From Candidatus Omnitrophota bacterium (GTDB lineage Bacteria; Omnitrophota; Gorgyraeia; Zapsychrales; Fredricksoniimonadaceae): a DNA stretch of 64,000 nt. A program made the position numbers and the translations under genes. Below, piece by piece: positions 28,854 to 39,024 of this stretch. The notes under the pieces were generated by a model, which saw only the letters and a program-made list of their open reading frames with translations, made no database searches and was not told the DNA's origin. Positions within the stretch are counted from its first letter, which is position 1, and every line of letters begins with the position of its first letter. Location of the stretch: positions 728,991 to 792,990 of the forward strand of contig JBGAJA010000002.1 of assembly GCA_044225175.1 (NCBI GenBank), given 5' to 3'.

Positions 28854-30563
28854 TTGTTTCTTAGAAAATATCCTTCTCGTCTAGCAATTATTTTCTTTGT
28901 TCTTTTAGCGGGATTCTTGTATTCAATTACCTTTCTGTTTGGAATTCAACTCTTTCATTCCGCCTTTTTAAATAATCTTGCTCAAAAACAGCATGAACAT
29001 TTGATTAACATTGATCCTAAGCGTGGGACAATTTATGATCGTAATTTAAGGCCAATGGCGATTAATCTGCCAGTCTATTCTGTATTCATCAATGGAAGGA
29101 CTATCCAACTGCACCACGATAAAGATGATGTTATTTCTCAATTATCTAAGATATTAAATGTTCCTTCCCAAGAAATCTCTGCAAAAGTCAAAAAGAATAA
29201 ATATTTTTTATGGGTCAAAAGAAAAATTCCTCAAGATACATACTTAAAATTAAAGTCATTAAAATTAACAGGTGTTGGTTTCGTCAAGGAAAGTAAAAGG
29301 TATTACCCTAATCAAACTTTGGGGGCTCATTTAATTGGTTTTGCTGGAATGGACAATAATGGTCTAGATGGTTTGGAACGTGACTATGATAAAGATCTAA
29401 AAGGTAAGGAAGGTCGCAGCGTTATCCTAAGGGATGCCAAACAACGGGAATTATTATTAGAGAAAAACTATATTGCTCCAGTGGATGGTTTTGATGTGGT
29501 TTTAACAATCGATGAGACTATTCAATTTATTGCCGAAAATGCATTAGAGAAAATGTATACGAAATACAATGCTAAAGGCGCTAGTATTATTGTCATGGAT
29601 CCTACGACGGGTGAAATCTTAGCTTTCGCTAATCGGCCTACTTATAATTTAGAAGAAGCGTCGAAAAGTACTCCTGACCAAAGAATTAATAGGGCTATTG
29701 TTTATACATATGAACCGGGATCTGTATTTAAGATCGTTGCAACTGCCGCTGCTTTACAGGAAGGTGTTATTAAAGAAACCGATATGATTAATTGTGAGCA
29801 TGGCGCTTATCGAGTAGGAAATCATATTCTGCATGACCATGATCCTTTAGGAACAATTACTTTTAAGGAAGTTATTGAACAATCAAGTAATATTGGAACA
29901 ACTAAGGTTGCCCAACGTTTGGGTCCTCAAAGATTTTATAATTATGCCCATCGATTTCGTTTTGGGATGAAGACGGGAATTGATCTGCCTGGAGAAGCTA
30001 AGGGAAATTTGAAACCCGTTCGGTTATGGTCTAAAACATCAATAGGGGCTTTGCCCATTGGACAGGAAGTCACGGTAACTGCCTTGCAATTAGCAGGCGC
30101 TATTTCAGCAATTGCAAATAATGGAGTATACATGCGTCCCTTTGTAGTGAAATATATTAAGGATAGCCATGATCAAATTATTCGAGAAACTAAACCACTG
30201 ATCGTTGATAAGATTATTTCGGAAAAAACTGCTTTACGGGTCAAATCAATCTTAAAAGGAGTTGTTGATAGAGGGACAGGAGTCAAGGCCCAGGTTAAAG
30301 GTGTGAGCGTCGCTGGAAAAACGGGAACTGCTCAAAAAGTTGTGGGTGGCACATACTCTCATGGACATTTTTATGCGACATTTATAGGATTTGCACCAGT
30401 GGATAAGCCCCGATTAGCTGCTGTTGTCGTGTATGATGAACCACATCCAGCATATTATGGAGGAACTGTAGCAGCTCCAGTTTTTAGTGAAGTTATTGGA
30501 AATTCTTTAAAGTATCTTGATGCCAAACAAATGGCAGATGTTAATCCTCAGGATCAAAATTAA
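28854..30563 (+). CDS. ftsI: Peptidoglycan D,D-transpeptidase FtsI (class B PBP)
   Basis: N-terminal TM; SVFK, SSN and KTGT active-site motifs (GSVFKIV, SSNIGT, KTGTAQK). Confidence 0.9.
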   Translation: MFLRKYPSRLAIIFFVLLAGFLYSITFLFGIQLFHSAFLNNLAQKQHEHLINIDPKRGTIYDRNLRPMAINLPVYSVFINGRTIQLHHDKDDVISQLSKILNVPSQEISAKVKKNKYFLWVKRKIPQDTYLKLKSLKLTGVGFVKESKRYYPNQTLGAHLIGFAGMDNNGLDGLERDYDKDLKGKEGRSVILRDAKQRELLLEKNYIAPVDGFDVVLTIDETIQFIAENALEKMYTKYNAKGASIIVMDPTTGEILAFANRPTYNLEEASKSTPDQRINRAIVYTYEPGSVFKIVATAAALQEGVIKETDMINCEHGAYRVGNHILHDHDPLGTITFKEVIEQSSNIGTTKVAQRLGPQRFYNYAHRFRFGMKTGIDLPGEAKGNLKPVRLWSKTSIGALPIGQEVTVTALQLAGAISAIANNGVYMRPFVVKYIKDSHDQIIRETKPLIVDKIISEKTALRVKSILKGVVDRGTGVKAQVKGVSVAGKTGTAQKVVGGTYSHGHFYATFIGFAPVDKPRLAAVVVYDEPHPAYYGGTVAAPVFSEVIGNSLKYLDAKQMADVNPQDQN

Positions 30564-32038
30564 TGACGCTCAAAGACCTGTTAGATGGTATCTATTTGAA
30601 ACCTTTATCTATAGTTAATGAAGGAATTGTTATAGATACTATTAGCTGTGACTCGAGAAAAGAGCAATCGCAGGGTTTGTTTGTTGCCCTGAGCGGTTTT
30701 AAATCAAATGGAGAAGATTTTATTAGAGATGCAGTTGATCAAGGAGCCGTTGTTATTGCCAAGAAAGGTTCCAACCGTATTCTTTCCAATTATGAAATCC
30801 CAGAAAGTGTATGTTTGTTAGACGTTGATGACCCCAAAATGTTTCTCACTCAAATTGCTTTACGTTTCTTTGATAATCCCTCAGGTAAGGTAAGAACAAT
30901 TGGTGTTACAGGAACCAATGGTAAGACAACGATTACATATTTTTTAGAAAGTATTTTTAATGCCAATAATCAGTCTTCCGCTGTAGTGGGAACCATTAAT
31001 TACAGAATAGCAGGGCAAATCTTTCCTTCTAAGAACACTACTCCAGGATTCCTAGATAATCAAAGCTTTCTATATCATCTAGCAGGATCTGAAATTCCCT
31101 ACTGTGTGATGGAAGTGTCGTCTCATGCGCTTGAACAAGGACGTGTTGGGGGTATTGATTTCAAAGGGGCCATCTTTACAAATCTCACCCAAGATCATCT
31201 GGACTATCATAAAGATATGGAAAGTTATTTTAAAGCTAAGGCTATTTTATTTGAGAATTTAAATGATCAAGCCTGGGCTGTGATTAATAAGGACGATTCT
31301 TATGCAGAGCGTCTCTTGGTAAAATCGAGGGGTAAGGTTTATACTTATGGTATAGATCAGCCAGCAGATATTAGAGCGGTTGATATACGTTCAACCCTGA
31401 AAGGTACCAGGATGAATATTGTTTTTCCTGAAGGAAGAATATCAGTCGGCACTAATTTTATAGGAAAACATAATGTTTACAATATTTTAGCTTCTGCTGC
31501 AGCCAGTTATTGTGAAGGGATAAATTTAGATGTGATTCAAAAAGGAATAGAAGAATTGTCCTGTGTTCCCGGTAGACTTGAGCGGATAGAAGAGGCTAAA
31601 GATTTTTATGTGTTTATTGACTACGCACATACAGAAGACGGGTTAATTAATGTGCTTAAGGCTTTAAGAAATGTAAGTAGAAATAAAATCATTCTTGTTT
31701 TTGGTTGTGGCGGAGATCGTGATAAAGGTAAACGGCCTAAGATGGGAAAAGCAGCATGCGAACTATCTGATTATTCTATTGTTACAAGTGATAATCCTCG
31801 CAGTGAGGATCCGCTCGATATTATTAAAGAGATCGTTAGTGGATTTACAAAATCAAATTACGAGATCGTTGTTGATCGTAAAGAAGCTATTGCCAAAGCC
31901 CTGCATATGGCTCAAAACAATGAAATTGTATTAATTGCAGGCAAAGGCCACGAGGATTATCAAATTCTAAAGAATAAGACAATTCCTTTTAAGGAAATTG
32001 AAATTGTGAAAGAGTGTTTGAACCTGACAACAAAATAA
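30563..32038 (+). CDS. murE: UDP-N-acetylmuramoyl-L-alanyl-D-glutamate--2,6-diaminopimelate (or Lys) ligase
   Basis: Mur ligase P-loop GVTGTNGKTT; DNPR motif (TSDNPRSEDP) typical of MurE. Confidence 0.9.
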   Translation: MTLKDLLDGIYLKPLSIVNEGIVIDTISCDSRKEQSQGLFVALSGFKSNGEDFIRDAVDQGAVVIAKKGSNRILSNYEIPESVCLLDVDDPKMFLTQIALRFFDNPSGKVRTIGVTGTNGKTTITYFLESIFNANNQSSAVVGTINYRIAGQIFPSKNTTPGFLDNQSFLYHLAGSEIPYCVMEVSSHALEQGRVGGIDFKGAIFTNLTQDHLDYHKDMESYFKAKAILFENLNDQAWAVINKDDSYAERLLVKSRGKVYTYGIDQPADIRAVDIRSTLKGTRMNIVFPEGRISVGTNFIGKHNVYNILASAAASYCEGINLDVIQKGIEELSCVPGRLERIEEAKDFYVFIDYAHTEDGLINVLKALRNVSRNKIILVFGCGGDRDKGKRPKMGKAACELSDYSIVTSDNPRSEDPLDIIKEIVSGFTKSNYEIVVDRKEAIAKALHMAQNNEIVLIAGKGHEDYQILKNKTIPFKEIEIVKECLNLTTK

Positions 32039-32334
32039 TGGGGGTGAGTATGTTAGGACGACGAAGTTATTTAAGAGTTAAAGTTAAATCGAGAGTTCAC
32101 TGGCGTGTAGAAGGTTCACCTTTGTCTGGTGAGGGAATTGTAATCAATTATAGTATTTCTGGAATTAAGTTAGTCTTAGATAAGGTTTTTGAACCACCTC
32201 AAGAATGTGTAGTTTTGATCGAACCATTAACAAGTTTTCAATTCACCGGTGTTAAGAAATTTAAAGTAAAGTGGCAGAAGAGAGTCATAGAGAATAATAT
32301 GGAATGCTTAGAGATTGCCGGAGATTTCATCTGA
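32038..32334 (+). CDS. PilZ-domain protein (putative c-di-GMP receptor) embedded in the dcw cluster
   Basis: RSYLR (RxxxR) followed about 25 aa later by NYSISG (D/NxSxxG). About 98 aa. Start overlaps the murE stop (TAATG). Confidence 0.5.
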   Translation: MGVSMLGRRSYLRVKVKSRVHWRVEGSPLSGEGIVINYSISGIKLVLDKVFEPPQECVVLIEPLTSFQFTGVKKFKVKWQKRVIENNMECLEIAGDFI

Positions 32335-32352
32335 GAATATAAAGATTTATAA

Positions 32353-33732
32353 ATGTTTAAAATTGAAGAAATTATAAAGGCCACGAATGGCCAGCTCATC
32401 CAAGGTCCAGATTCTGGATCTATTCTATCAGTTTGTATTGATTCTCGTCGAGTAACTAAAGATGAAGTCTTTATAGCTATTAAGGGCGATGTTTTTGACG
32501 GACATGATTTTTTAGCTGATGTTTTAGCGCGTGGAGTTAAAGTCATTGTTCTTCACAAAATGCTCCTGATTAAAAATCCCAACATCACTGTTATCTTGGT
32601 AAAAGATACCGTTTTAGCATTAGGTCATATTGCGCGTTTCCATCGTCTGCGTTTTAAAACACCACTCATCTCCTTGACAGGGTCTGCCGGAAAGACAACG
32701 ACCAAAGAAATGATTGCTGCTGTCCTAGAGCAAAAGTATCGTGTCTTAAAAAGTGAAGGAACACAGAACAATCATATTGGAGTTCCTTTAACGCTTTTAA
32801 AGATCAATAAAACCCATCAGATAGTTGTTATTGAATGTGGCACTAATCAACCAGGTGATATCGCCTGGTTATCAGAGATTACTTGTCCAGACGTGGCAAT
32901 TTTTACTAATATTGGACATTCTCATTTAGAAAAATTAAAAACTCCTAGCGGCGTGTTAAAAGAGAAATGGAACTTAACTTCTCATATGAATGCTAAGGGA
33001 ATCATTATTATTAATGAAGATGACCCTTTGTTATGCGCTAAGATCAAAATACACAAGAATTTGCGGATTATGTCCTACGGGGTCAAGAATAAACCACGTT
33101 TTAGAGCGACAGATGTTCATATTAAGAATGGACTTTCTTTAGTTTTTAAGATTGATTCAAAAAACTTTGAATTGAATACATGCGCCATTAATAATGTATA
33201 TAATGCGTTAGCAGCTTATGCGTGTGGAAACATCTTCAAGGTTCCAATACAAAAGATTGTTCAAGCGTTGAAGACATTTCATTTTCCAAAAGGTAGAGGA
33301 CAGATTGTTAAGCTGGGGGCTGGCTGGTTAATTAATGATTCCTATAATGCCAATCCTACATCAATGTTAAGTGCTATTGAAATGCTGAGGGCTCTTAAAA
33401 GTAATGGGAAAAAGATTATGATTGCAGCTGATATGCTTGAGCTTGGGAAAAAGGCCAGAGATTTTCATAGTCAAGCTGGGTTGTATGTGGCCCGTTCGGG
33501 TATTGATGCTTTGATTACAGTTGGCGCTCTTTCGCGTCATATGGCAGCTCGGGCACGTAAGACCAATAGAAATATGTCTGTGTTTGCTTGTGCAGATATT
33601 GAGTCTGCACAGAAGAATTTGGCGAAAATATTAACCAATGGAGACAGTGTTTTAGTCAAAGGTTCTCGACGGATGGCAATGGAAAGAGTTGTGGATTTCA
33701 TGCTTCAGTCACCTAACACCTCGCACCAATAA
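32353..33732 (+). CDS. murF: UDP-N-acetylmuramoyl-tripeptide--D-alanyl-D-alanine ligase
   Basis: Mur ligase P-loop LTGSAGKTTTKEM; three-domain organisation. Confidence 0.9.
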   Translation: MFKIEEIIKATNGQLIQGPDSGSILSVCIDSRRVTKDEVFIAIKGDVFDGHDFLADVLARGVKVIVLHKMLLIKNPNITVILVKDTVLALGHIARFHRLRFKTPLISLTGSAGKTTTKEMIAAVLEQKYRVLKSEGTQNNHIGVPLTLLKINKTHQIVVIECGTNQPGDIAWLSEITCPDVAIFTNIGHSHLEKLKTPSGVLKEKWNLTSHMNAKGIIIINEDDPLLCAKIKIHKNLRIMSYGVKNKPRFRATDVHIKNGLSLVFKIDSKNFELNTCAINNVYNALAAYACGNIFKVPIQKIVQALKTFHFPKGRGQIVKLGAGWLINDSYNANPTSMLSAIEMLRALKSNGKKIMIAADMLELGKKARDFHSQAGLYVARSGIDALITVGALSRHMAARARKTNRNMSVFACADIESAQKNLAKILTNGDSVLVKGSRRMAMERVVDFMLQSPNTSHQ

Positions 33733-33746
33733 AACCAAGGCAAACA

Positions 33747-34835
33747 ATGTTTTATTTTCTTTCCGATTTCTCTTATCAATGGCCAGTTTTAAACATCTTT
33801 CGGTATATCACTTTTCGTGCTGGTATGGCTGCATTCACTGCTTTTATTCTGTGCGTTATTTTGGGACCTATTTTTATCAGGATTTTTAAAGAAAATCGAA
33901 TTAAAGAGATAGCAAAGCGTCATGATGCTCCAGGGCTTGATCAGTTTCAAGTCAAGAAAGAAGGTACTCCAACAATGGGAGGGGTCTTTATTATAGGAAG
34001 CATTTTACTTTCGGTATTACTATGGGGAAATTTAACCAATTCATTTTTGATGATGACATTCTTTATTTGTTTTTGTTTGGCAATTTTGGGTGGTGCCGAT
34101 GATTACATTAAACTCAAAGGAATAGGAAAGCATCGTGGCATTAGAGCTAGAACAAAGTCCCTTTGGCAAATTCTGTTGGCCCTGTTGGTAGGCTTTTTTG
34201 CTTATATGCATCCTGATATTACGACGTACTTGGACGTTCCTTTTTTTAAAGATTTGGTGATTGATCTAGGTGCTTTTTTTGTTTTTTGGGTCATTCTTGT
34301 TGTTGTGGGAGCCTCCAATGCGGTTAATTTGACAGATGGGCTCGATGGTTTAGCCATTGGCTGCGTTCTTATGGTGGCTTTTACTTTAGGCATTCTAAGT
34401 TATATCACTGGAAACACGACGATGAGTGAGTATCTTTTTGTCCCCTACGTCTCAGGATCAGGAGAGCTTGCTGTATTTTGTGCAGCGATGGTTGGAGCAA
34501 GTTTAGGGTTTCTTTGGTTTAACTGTCATCCAGCGAGTGTTTTTATGGGGGATGTAGGATCATTAGCTCTAGGGGGAAGTTTGGGGATGATTGCTATTCT
34601 TATCAAAAAAGAGTTATGGCTGGTTGTTCTTGGAGGGGTTTTTGTTGTTGAAGCAACATCGGTTATTTTACAGGTATTTTCTTTTAAATTGACGGGTAAG
34701 AGGATTTTTAAAATGTCCCCCTTTCATCATCATTTACAACTTTCCGGTTGGAATGAAAATAAAATCATTGTCCGCTTTTGGATTATCGCCATTATTTTGG
34801 CAATGTTGACGTTAACAACTCTAAAAATTAGATAG
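33747..34835 (+). CDS. mraY: Phospho-N-acetylmuramoyl-pentapeptide transferase
   Basis: 10-TM protein with GTPTMGG and NAVNLTDGLDGLA motifs. Confidence 0.95.
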   Translation: MFYFLSDFSYQWPVLNIFRYITFRAGMAAFTAFILCVILGPIFIRIFKENRIKEIAKRHDAPGLDQFQVKKEGTPTMGGVFIIGSILLSVLLWGNLTNSFLMMTFFICFCLAILGGADDYIKLKGIGKHRGIRARTKSLWQILLALLVGFFAYMHPDITTYLDVPFFKDLVIDLGAFFVFWVILVVVGASNAVNLTDGLDGLAIGCVLMVAFTLGILSYITGNTTMSEYLFVPYVSGSGELAVFCAAMVGASLGFLWFNCHPASVFMGDVGSLALGGSLGMIAILIKKELWLVVLGGVFVVEATSVILQVFSFKLTGKRIFKMSPFHHHLQLSGWNENKIIVRFWIIAIILAMLTLTTLKIR

Positions 34836-34837
34836 TC

Positions 34838-36076
34838 ATGTTTGATATAAAAGATAAGAAAGTAACCATTCTTGGTGCTGCTCGTAGTGGCTTAGCTGCC
34901 GCAGATTTAGTCATACGTTTAGGCGGCCTAGCAAAGATCTCAGATTCCAAGCCTTCCGAACATAACCTCCGGAACCTCGTAGGTTCCGAATGGGGAGGGC
35001 ATACTCAAGAGTTTATTCAAGACAGCGATTATGTCGTTGTGAGTCCAGGGGTTAGAATTGATAGCCAGGCTGTGAGATGGGCGAAGGAAAAAAGAATTGA
35101 GGTGATAGGTGAGGTCGAACTTGCTTTCAGAGTGTGCCCTTGTCCTATTGTGGCGATTACAGGAAGTAATGGAAAAACAACGACAACGACTTTGATTGCA
35201 GAAATTTTAAAAGCTGCAGGAAAAAAGGTGTTTCTTGTAGGAAATATAGGAAAACCATTTTCAAGTGAGGTTCTGAATTTAAAAGAAACAGACATTGTGG
35301 TTTTAGAAATCAGTTCATTTCAATTAGAGTCAACATTAACATTTAAACCTCACGTAGCTGTCTGGCTTAATTTCAGTCAAAATCATTTAGATCGTCATAA
35401 AGATTTAGAAGAATATTTCGATGCAAAGAAGATGATTTTTAAGAACCAAGATGCCAATGATTTTGCTATTCTTAATGATGCGCAGACAGAATTTAAGAAT
35501 TTAGCGAGGAGTCTAAAATCAAAAGTCCTGTTTTTTAATCGACCAGGAGAGTCGCCTGGTATCACAAATCCTAATTATTTAGCAGCAATGTGTGCTGCTA
35601 AAGCATTAGGCGTAGCTGATGAGATTTCTCAGAAGGTATTTAGAGAATTTAAGGGTGTTGAGCATCGTTTAGAATTTGTTCGGTCACTAGGAGGTGTTGA
35701 TTATATCAACGATTCTAAATCAACAACTGCAGAGGCTGGTCGATGGGCACTTGAGCGTCTGGAGAAGCCTGGAATTTTGATTTGTGGTGGATCAGATAAA
35801 CACATTGATTATAAAGATTTAAAACCATTGGTGGCTCAAAAAATAAAATATATGATTGCAATTGGACAGATAAGCCAACAAATCAAACAAACTTTTCAAG
35901 ATGTTGTTGGTCTAGAGGTATCAGATACATTGGCGAGCGCAGTTGAAACTGCTCAAAAGAAAGCCGCATCGGGGGATTGTGTGATACTTTCTCCTATGAC
36001 AGCTAGTTTTGATATGTTTAAAGATTATGAAGATAGAGGAAGAACTTTCAAAGAAATCGTAGGACACCTTAAATGA
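34838..36076 (+). CDS. murD: UDP-N-acetylmuramoylalanine--D-glutamate ligase
   Basis: ITGSNGKTTTTTL P-loop; N-terminal Rossmann fold GAARSG. Confidence 0.9.
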   Translation: MFDIKDKKVTILGAARSGLAAADLVIRLGGLAKISDSKPSEHNLRNLVGSEWGGHTQEFIQDSDYVVVSPGVRIDSQAVRWAKEKRIEVIGEVELAFRVCPCPIVAITGSNGKTTTTTLIAEILKAAGKKVFLVGNIGKPFSSEVLNLKETDIVVLEISSFQLESTLTFKPHVAVWLNFSQNHLDRHKDLEEYFDAKKMIFKNQDANDFAILNDAQTEFKNLARSLKSKVLFFNRPGESPGITNPNYLAAMCAAKALGVADEISQKVFREFKGVEHRLEFVRSLGGVDYINDSKSTTAEAGRWALERLEKPGILICGGSDKHIDYKDLKPLVAQKIKYMIAIGQISQQIKQTFQDVVGLEVSDTLASAVETAQKKAASGDCVILSPMTASFDMFKDYEDRGRTFKEIVGHLK

Positions 36077-37167
36077 AAGAAACTAGAGTTCAATTAACTG
36101 TGATTGTTTTGGCGCTAATCTGCATCGGTATAGTCATGATTTTTTCTGCCAGTTGTGTCAATGCTCAGGAAAGTTTTCATGACAGTTATTATTATCTCAA
36201 GAGACATGTTCTTTTTTTAGTTTTGGGTTTGATTGCATGTTTTGGGGTGATGAGTATTGATTATCGTATCATTCAACCCAAAGCTAGATTAATTCTTGGA
36301 ATTAGTCTTTTTCTTTTGGTTTTAGTTTTGATTCCGCATCTAGGTAAAGAGAGTTATGGTGCTCGTCGTTGGTTTAAGCTCGGCATGTTCCATTTTCAAC
36401 CTTCAGAGTTTGCTAAGTTAGCCGTTATTATTTACACAGCGGATTTCTTAAGTCGTAAACAGGAATTCATTCGTGATTTCAAGAAAGGATTTTTGCCGCC
36501 AATCTTAGTCATGGGGGTAGCTTGTCTGCTTACGGTGAAACAGCCTGATTTAGGTACAACCCTTGAAATGGCTGTTGTTGTGATTGGTCTTATGTTTATA
36601 GCAGGAGCTAGAATGATACATTTATTATCATTGGTGGGTGCGGCGATTCCTGTTCTAGTTTATTTGGTTGTAAAGGAACCTTATCGTATGGCTCGGATTG
36701 TTGCATTTCTTGACCCCTGGCAAGATGCTCAGGGCATTGGTTTTCAATTGACTCAGTCTCAGATTGCTTTGGGTTCAGGAGGGGTTTTTGGAGTTGGCTT
36801 AGGCCATAGTCAACAAAAACTATTTTATCTCCCCGCTGCCCACACCGATTTTATCCTTTCGATTATTGGGGAGGAAATGGGTTTAATTGGGACTGTTGCT
36901 ATTATAATTTTATTTGTGCTATTTGTCTGGATGGGAATACGTTTGATTCGTCAAACCCATGAGTCATTTGGGTATTTCTTAAGTATTGGAATTATTCTGA
37001 TGCTTGGTCTTCAAGCTATGGTGAATGTAGGAGTGAGTATAGGAGCTTTTCCAACCAAAGGATTGCCGCTGCCATTTATTAGTTATGGCGGTTCTGCTTT
37101 AATTTTTCATTTGATATGTATTGGTCTGATTCTAAACGTTTCCAAAACACAAGATCAAAAGTTTTAA
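36073..37167 (+). CDS. ftsW: Lipid II flippase / SEDS glycosyltransferase FtsW
   Basis: 10-TM SEDS-family pattern (FQPSEFAKL, PxxHTDFI, LPLPFISYGGS). Confidence 0.9.
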   Translation: MKETRVQLTVIVLALICIGIVMIFSASCVNAQESFHDSYYYLKRHVLFLVLGLIACFGVMSIDYRIIQPKARLILGISLFLLVLVLIPHLGKESYGARRWFKLGMFHFQPSEFAKLAVIIYTADFLSRKQEFIRDFKKGFLPPILVMGVACLLTVKQPDLGTTLEMAVVVIGLMFIAGARMIHLLSLVGAAIPVLVYLVVKEPYRMARIVAFLDPWQDAQGIGFQLTQSQIALGSGGVFGVGLGHSQQKLFYLPAAHTDFILSIIGEEMGLIGTVAIIILFVLFVWMGIRLIRQTHESFGYFLSIGIILMLGLQAMVNVGVSIGAFPTKGLPLPFISYGGSALIFHLICIGLILNVSKTQDQKF

Positions 37168-37174
37168 GGAAAAC

Positions 37175-38239
37175 ATGAAAATTATTGTCTCCACCGGTGG
37201 GTCAGGGGGTCATATATTTCCGGGGTTAAAGACTGCTCAGGTGTTAAGAGCCAAAGGTCATGAAGTGACTTTTGTTGGGTCTTTGGGATTAGGTTATGAG
37301 AATATTAAAACTCAAGGATTTAAGGCGATTAATATCCATGCTCAAGGATTAACCAATAAATCTTTAAAAGGATTTTTGAACTTTGGGTTAATTATGATGA
37401 AAGCCCTGAGTGAGGCGAGGAATGTCTTACTGGAAGAGAAGCCTGATAAAGTTATTGGATTTGGAGGCTATGGATCTTTTGCTGTCGTTGTTGCTGCATC
37501 AATATTAAGAATTCCTGTAATGATTCATGAACAAAATGTTGTACCTGGCAAGGCCAACCGTCTATTATCTAAGTTTGTTAAAAAGTTAGCCATTAGTTTC
37601 CAAGAAACGAGCAAATATTTTGATCCTAAGAAGACTATTTGGACTGGTTGTCCCTGTCAAAATAACTCTTCTACTAAGACTAAAGAAGCCTTGTTTCAAC
37701 AGTTCTCTTTGGAGCCACATAAGAGAACGATACTAGTCTTGGGAGGAAGTCAGGGAAGCCAGAAGATTAATGAGATTTTCTTCAATATGATGTGTTCTTT
37801 AGGGATAAATGATTCCATTCAAGCGATCCATATGACGGGAAAGAAAGATTTTCCTGTTTATGAGTTTACTTATAAACAAAAAGGTATTCCTGTCAAAGTT
37901 CTTGAGTTTATTAGTCCTATTGAAGAAGCCTATGCTATTGCTGATCTTGTGATTGCAAGGGCGGGTGCTGTCACAGTCTCAGAGTTAGGATTCTTTTTAA
38001 TTCCATCCATTCTTATTCCTTACCCATTAGCTGATGGACATCAAAAATACAATGCGGAAGTTCTCGCGAGCTGTGGGCTCTCCAAAGTAATTGAACAAAA
38101 AGATTTGAGCGTGGATGTGTTAAGAAAAGAAATTGAGTCTATATTATTGCAATCAAAAGCAACAAAGAATAGTCAAGTCAAAGAGAGATTTAAAGACAAC
38201 TCTGCTTTGGAATTAGCTATAGCCGTGGAGAATTTGTGA
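37175..38239 (+). CDS. murG: UDP-GlcNAc:lipid I N-acetylglucosaminyltransferase
   Basis: GGSGGHIFPG N-terminal motif; GT28 C-terminal (GGSQGS, ARAGA). Confidence 0.9.
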   Translation: MKIIVSTGGSGGHIFPGLKTAQVLRAKGHEVTFVGSLGLGYENIKTQGFKAINIHAQGLTNKSLKGFLNFGLIMMKALSEARNVLLEEKPDKVIGFGGYGSFAVVVAASILRIPVMIHEQNVVPGKANRLLSKFVKKLAISFQETSKYFDPKKTIWTGCPCQNNSSTKTKEALFQQFSLEPHKRTILVLGGSQGSQKINEIFFNMMCSLGINDSIQAIHMTGKKDFPVYEFTYKQKGIPVKVLEFISPIEEAYAIADLVIARAGAVTVSELGFFLIPSILIPYPLADGHQKYNAEVLASCGLSKVIEQKDLSVDVLRKEIESILLQSKATKNSQVKERFKDNSALELAIAVENL

Positions 38240-39024
38240 GAAATTTAATTTATATTTCAATTTTTTTAACTTTACTCATTGGGATATCTTCTATTTGCCA
38301 AGCCAAAGATTGGCAGACCATGAAGAATAAACATTTCATTGCCTATTACAGAAATGAAGTTCCTGAATCTTTTGTCGATACCGTTTTAGACTCAGCTGAA
38401 GATGATTATAGATCTGTTGTAGAAACCCTGGGAATTTCTTATTATCAAAGCTGGTCATTTGAAAAACCAGTTTCTATTTATATTTATCGAGATGAAGAAG
38501 ACTATGTTAAAAAAGGTGGCCAAGCAGGGTGGTCTCATGGAACAGCTTTGATTGCGACTAAAACCATTAACACTTATCCTTCCGATCAAGGGTTCTTTGA
38601 TTCTCTGTTGCCGCATGAATTAGGACATATTGTTCTTCATGAATTTATTGGAACCGAGGCAAGAGTACCTTTATGGATGGAGGAGGGGGTTGCTATGTTT
38701 CAGGAAAAAGCAAAAAGAATTGGTGCTAATAAAATAGTGCGCGATGCCTTAGCAAATGGTCAATTTATTGCTTTAACACAACTAACAGATATGCGATTAT
38801 ATAGCAACTCAGATAGGCAAACAGTTGAGTTATTTTATGCTGAGTCTGCCAGTATCGTTAATTTTATGATTACCGAACTTGGTAAAGGGCGTTTTTTTAG
38901 ATTATGTGAGCAGATCAAAGAATCAAAACCTTTTCTCGATGCTCTATCTGATGTTTATCCCAATATTCAAACATTGGATGCTCTAAATAAAAAATGGGTT
39001 AATTATTTGAAAGATAATTCATGA
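38236..39024 (+). CDS. Secreted HExxH zinc-metallopeptidase-like protein (zincin fold candidate) inserted between murG and murC
   Basis: Signal peptide MRNLIYISIFLTLLIGISSICQA; LLPHELGHIVLHEF...WMEEG (HExxH with a downstream Glu). Confidence 0.55.
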   Translation: MRNLIYISIFLTLLIGISSICQAKDWQTMKNKHFIAYYRNEVPESFVDTVLDSAEDDYRSVVETLGISYYQSWSFEKPVSIYIYRDEEDYVKKGGQAGWSHGTALIATKTINTYPSDQGFFDSLLPHELGHIVLHEFIGTEARVPLWMEEGVAMFQEKAKRIGANKIVRDALANGQFIALTQLTDMRLYSNSDRQTVELFYAESASIVNFMITELGKGRFFRLCEQIKESKPFLDALSDVYPNIQTLDALNKKWVNYLKDNS

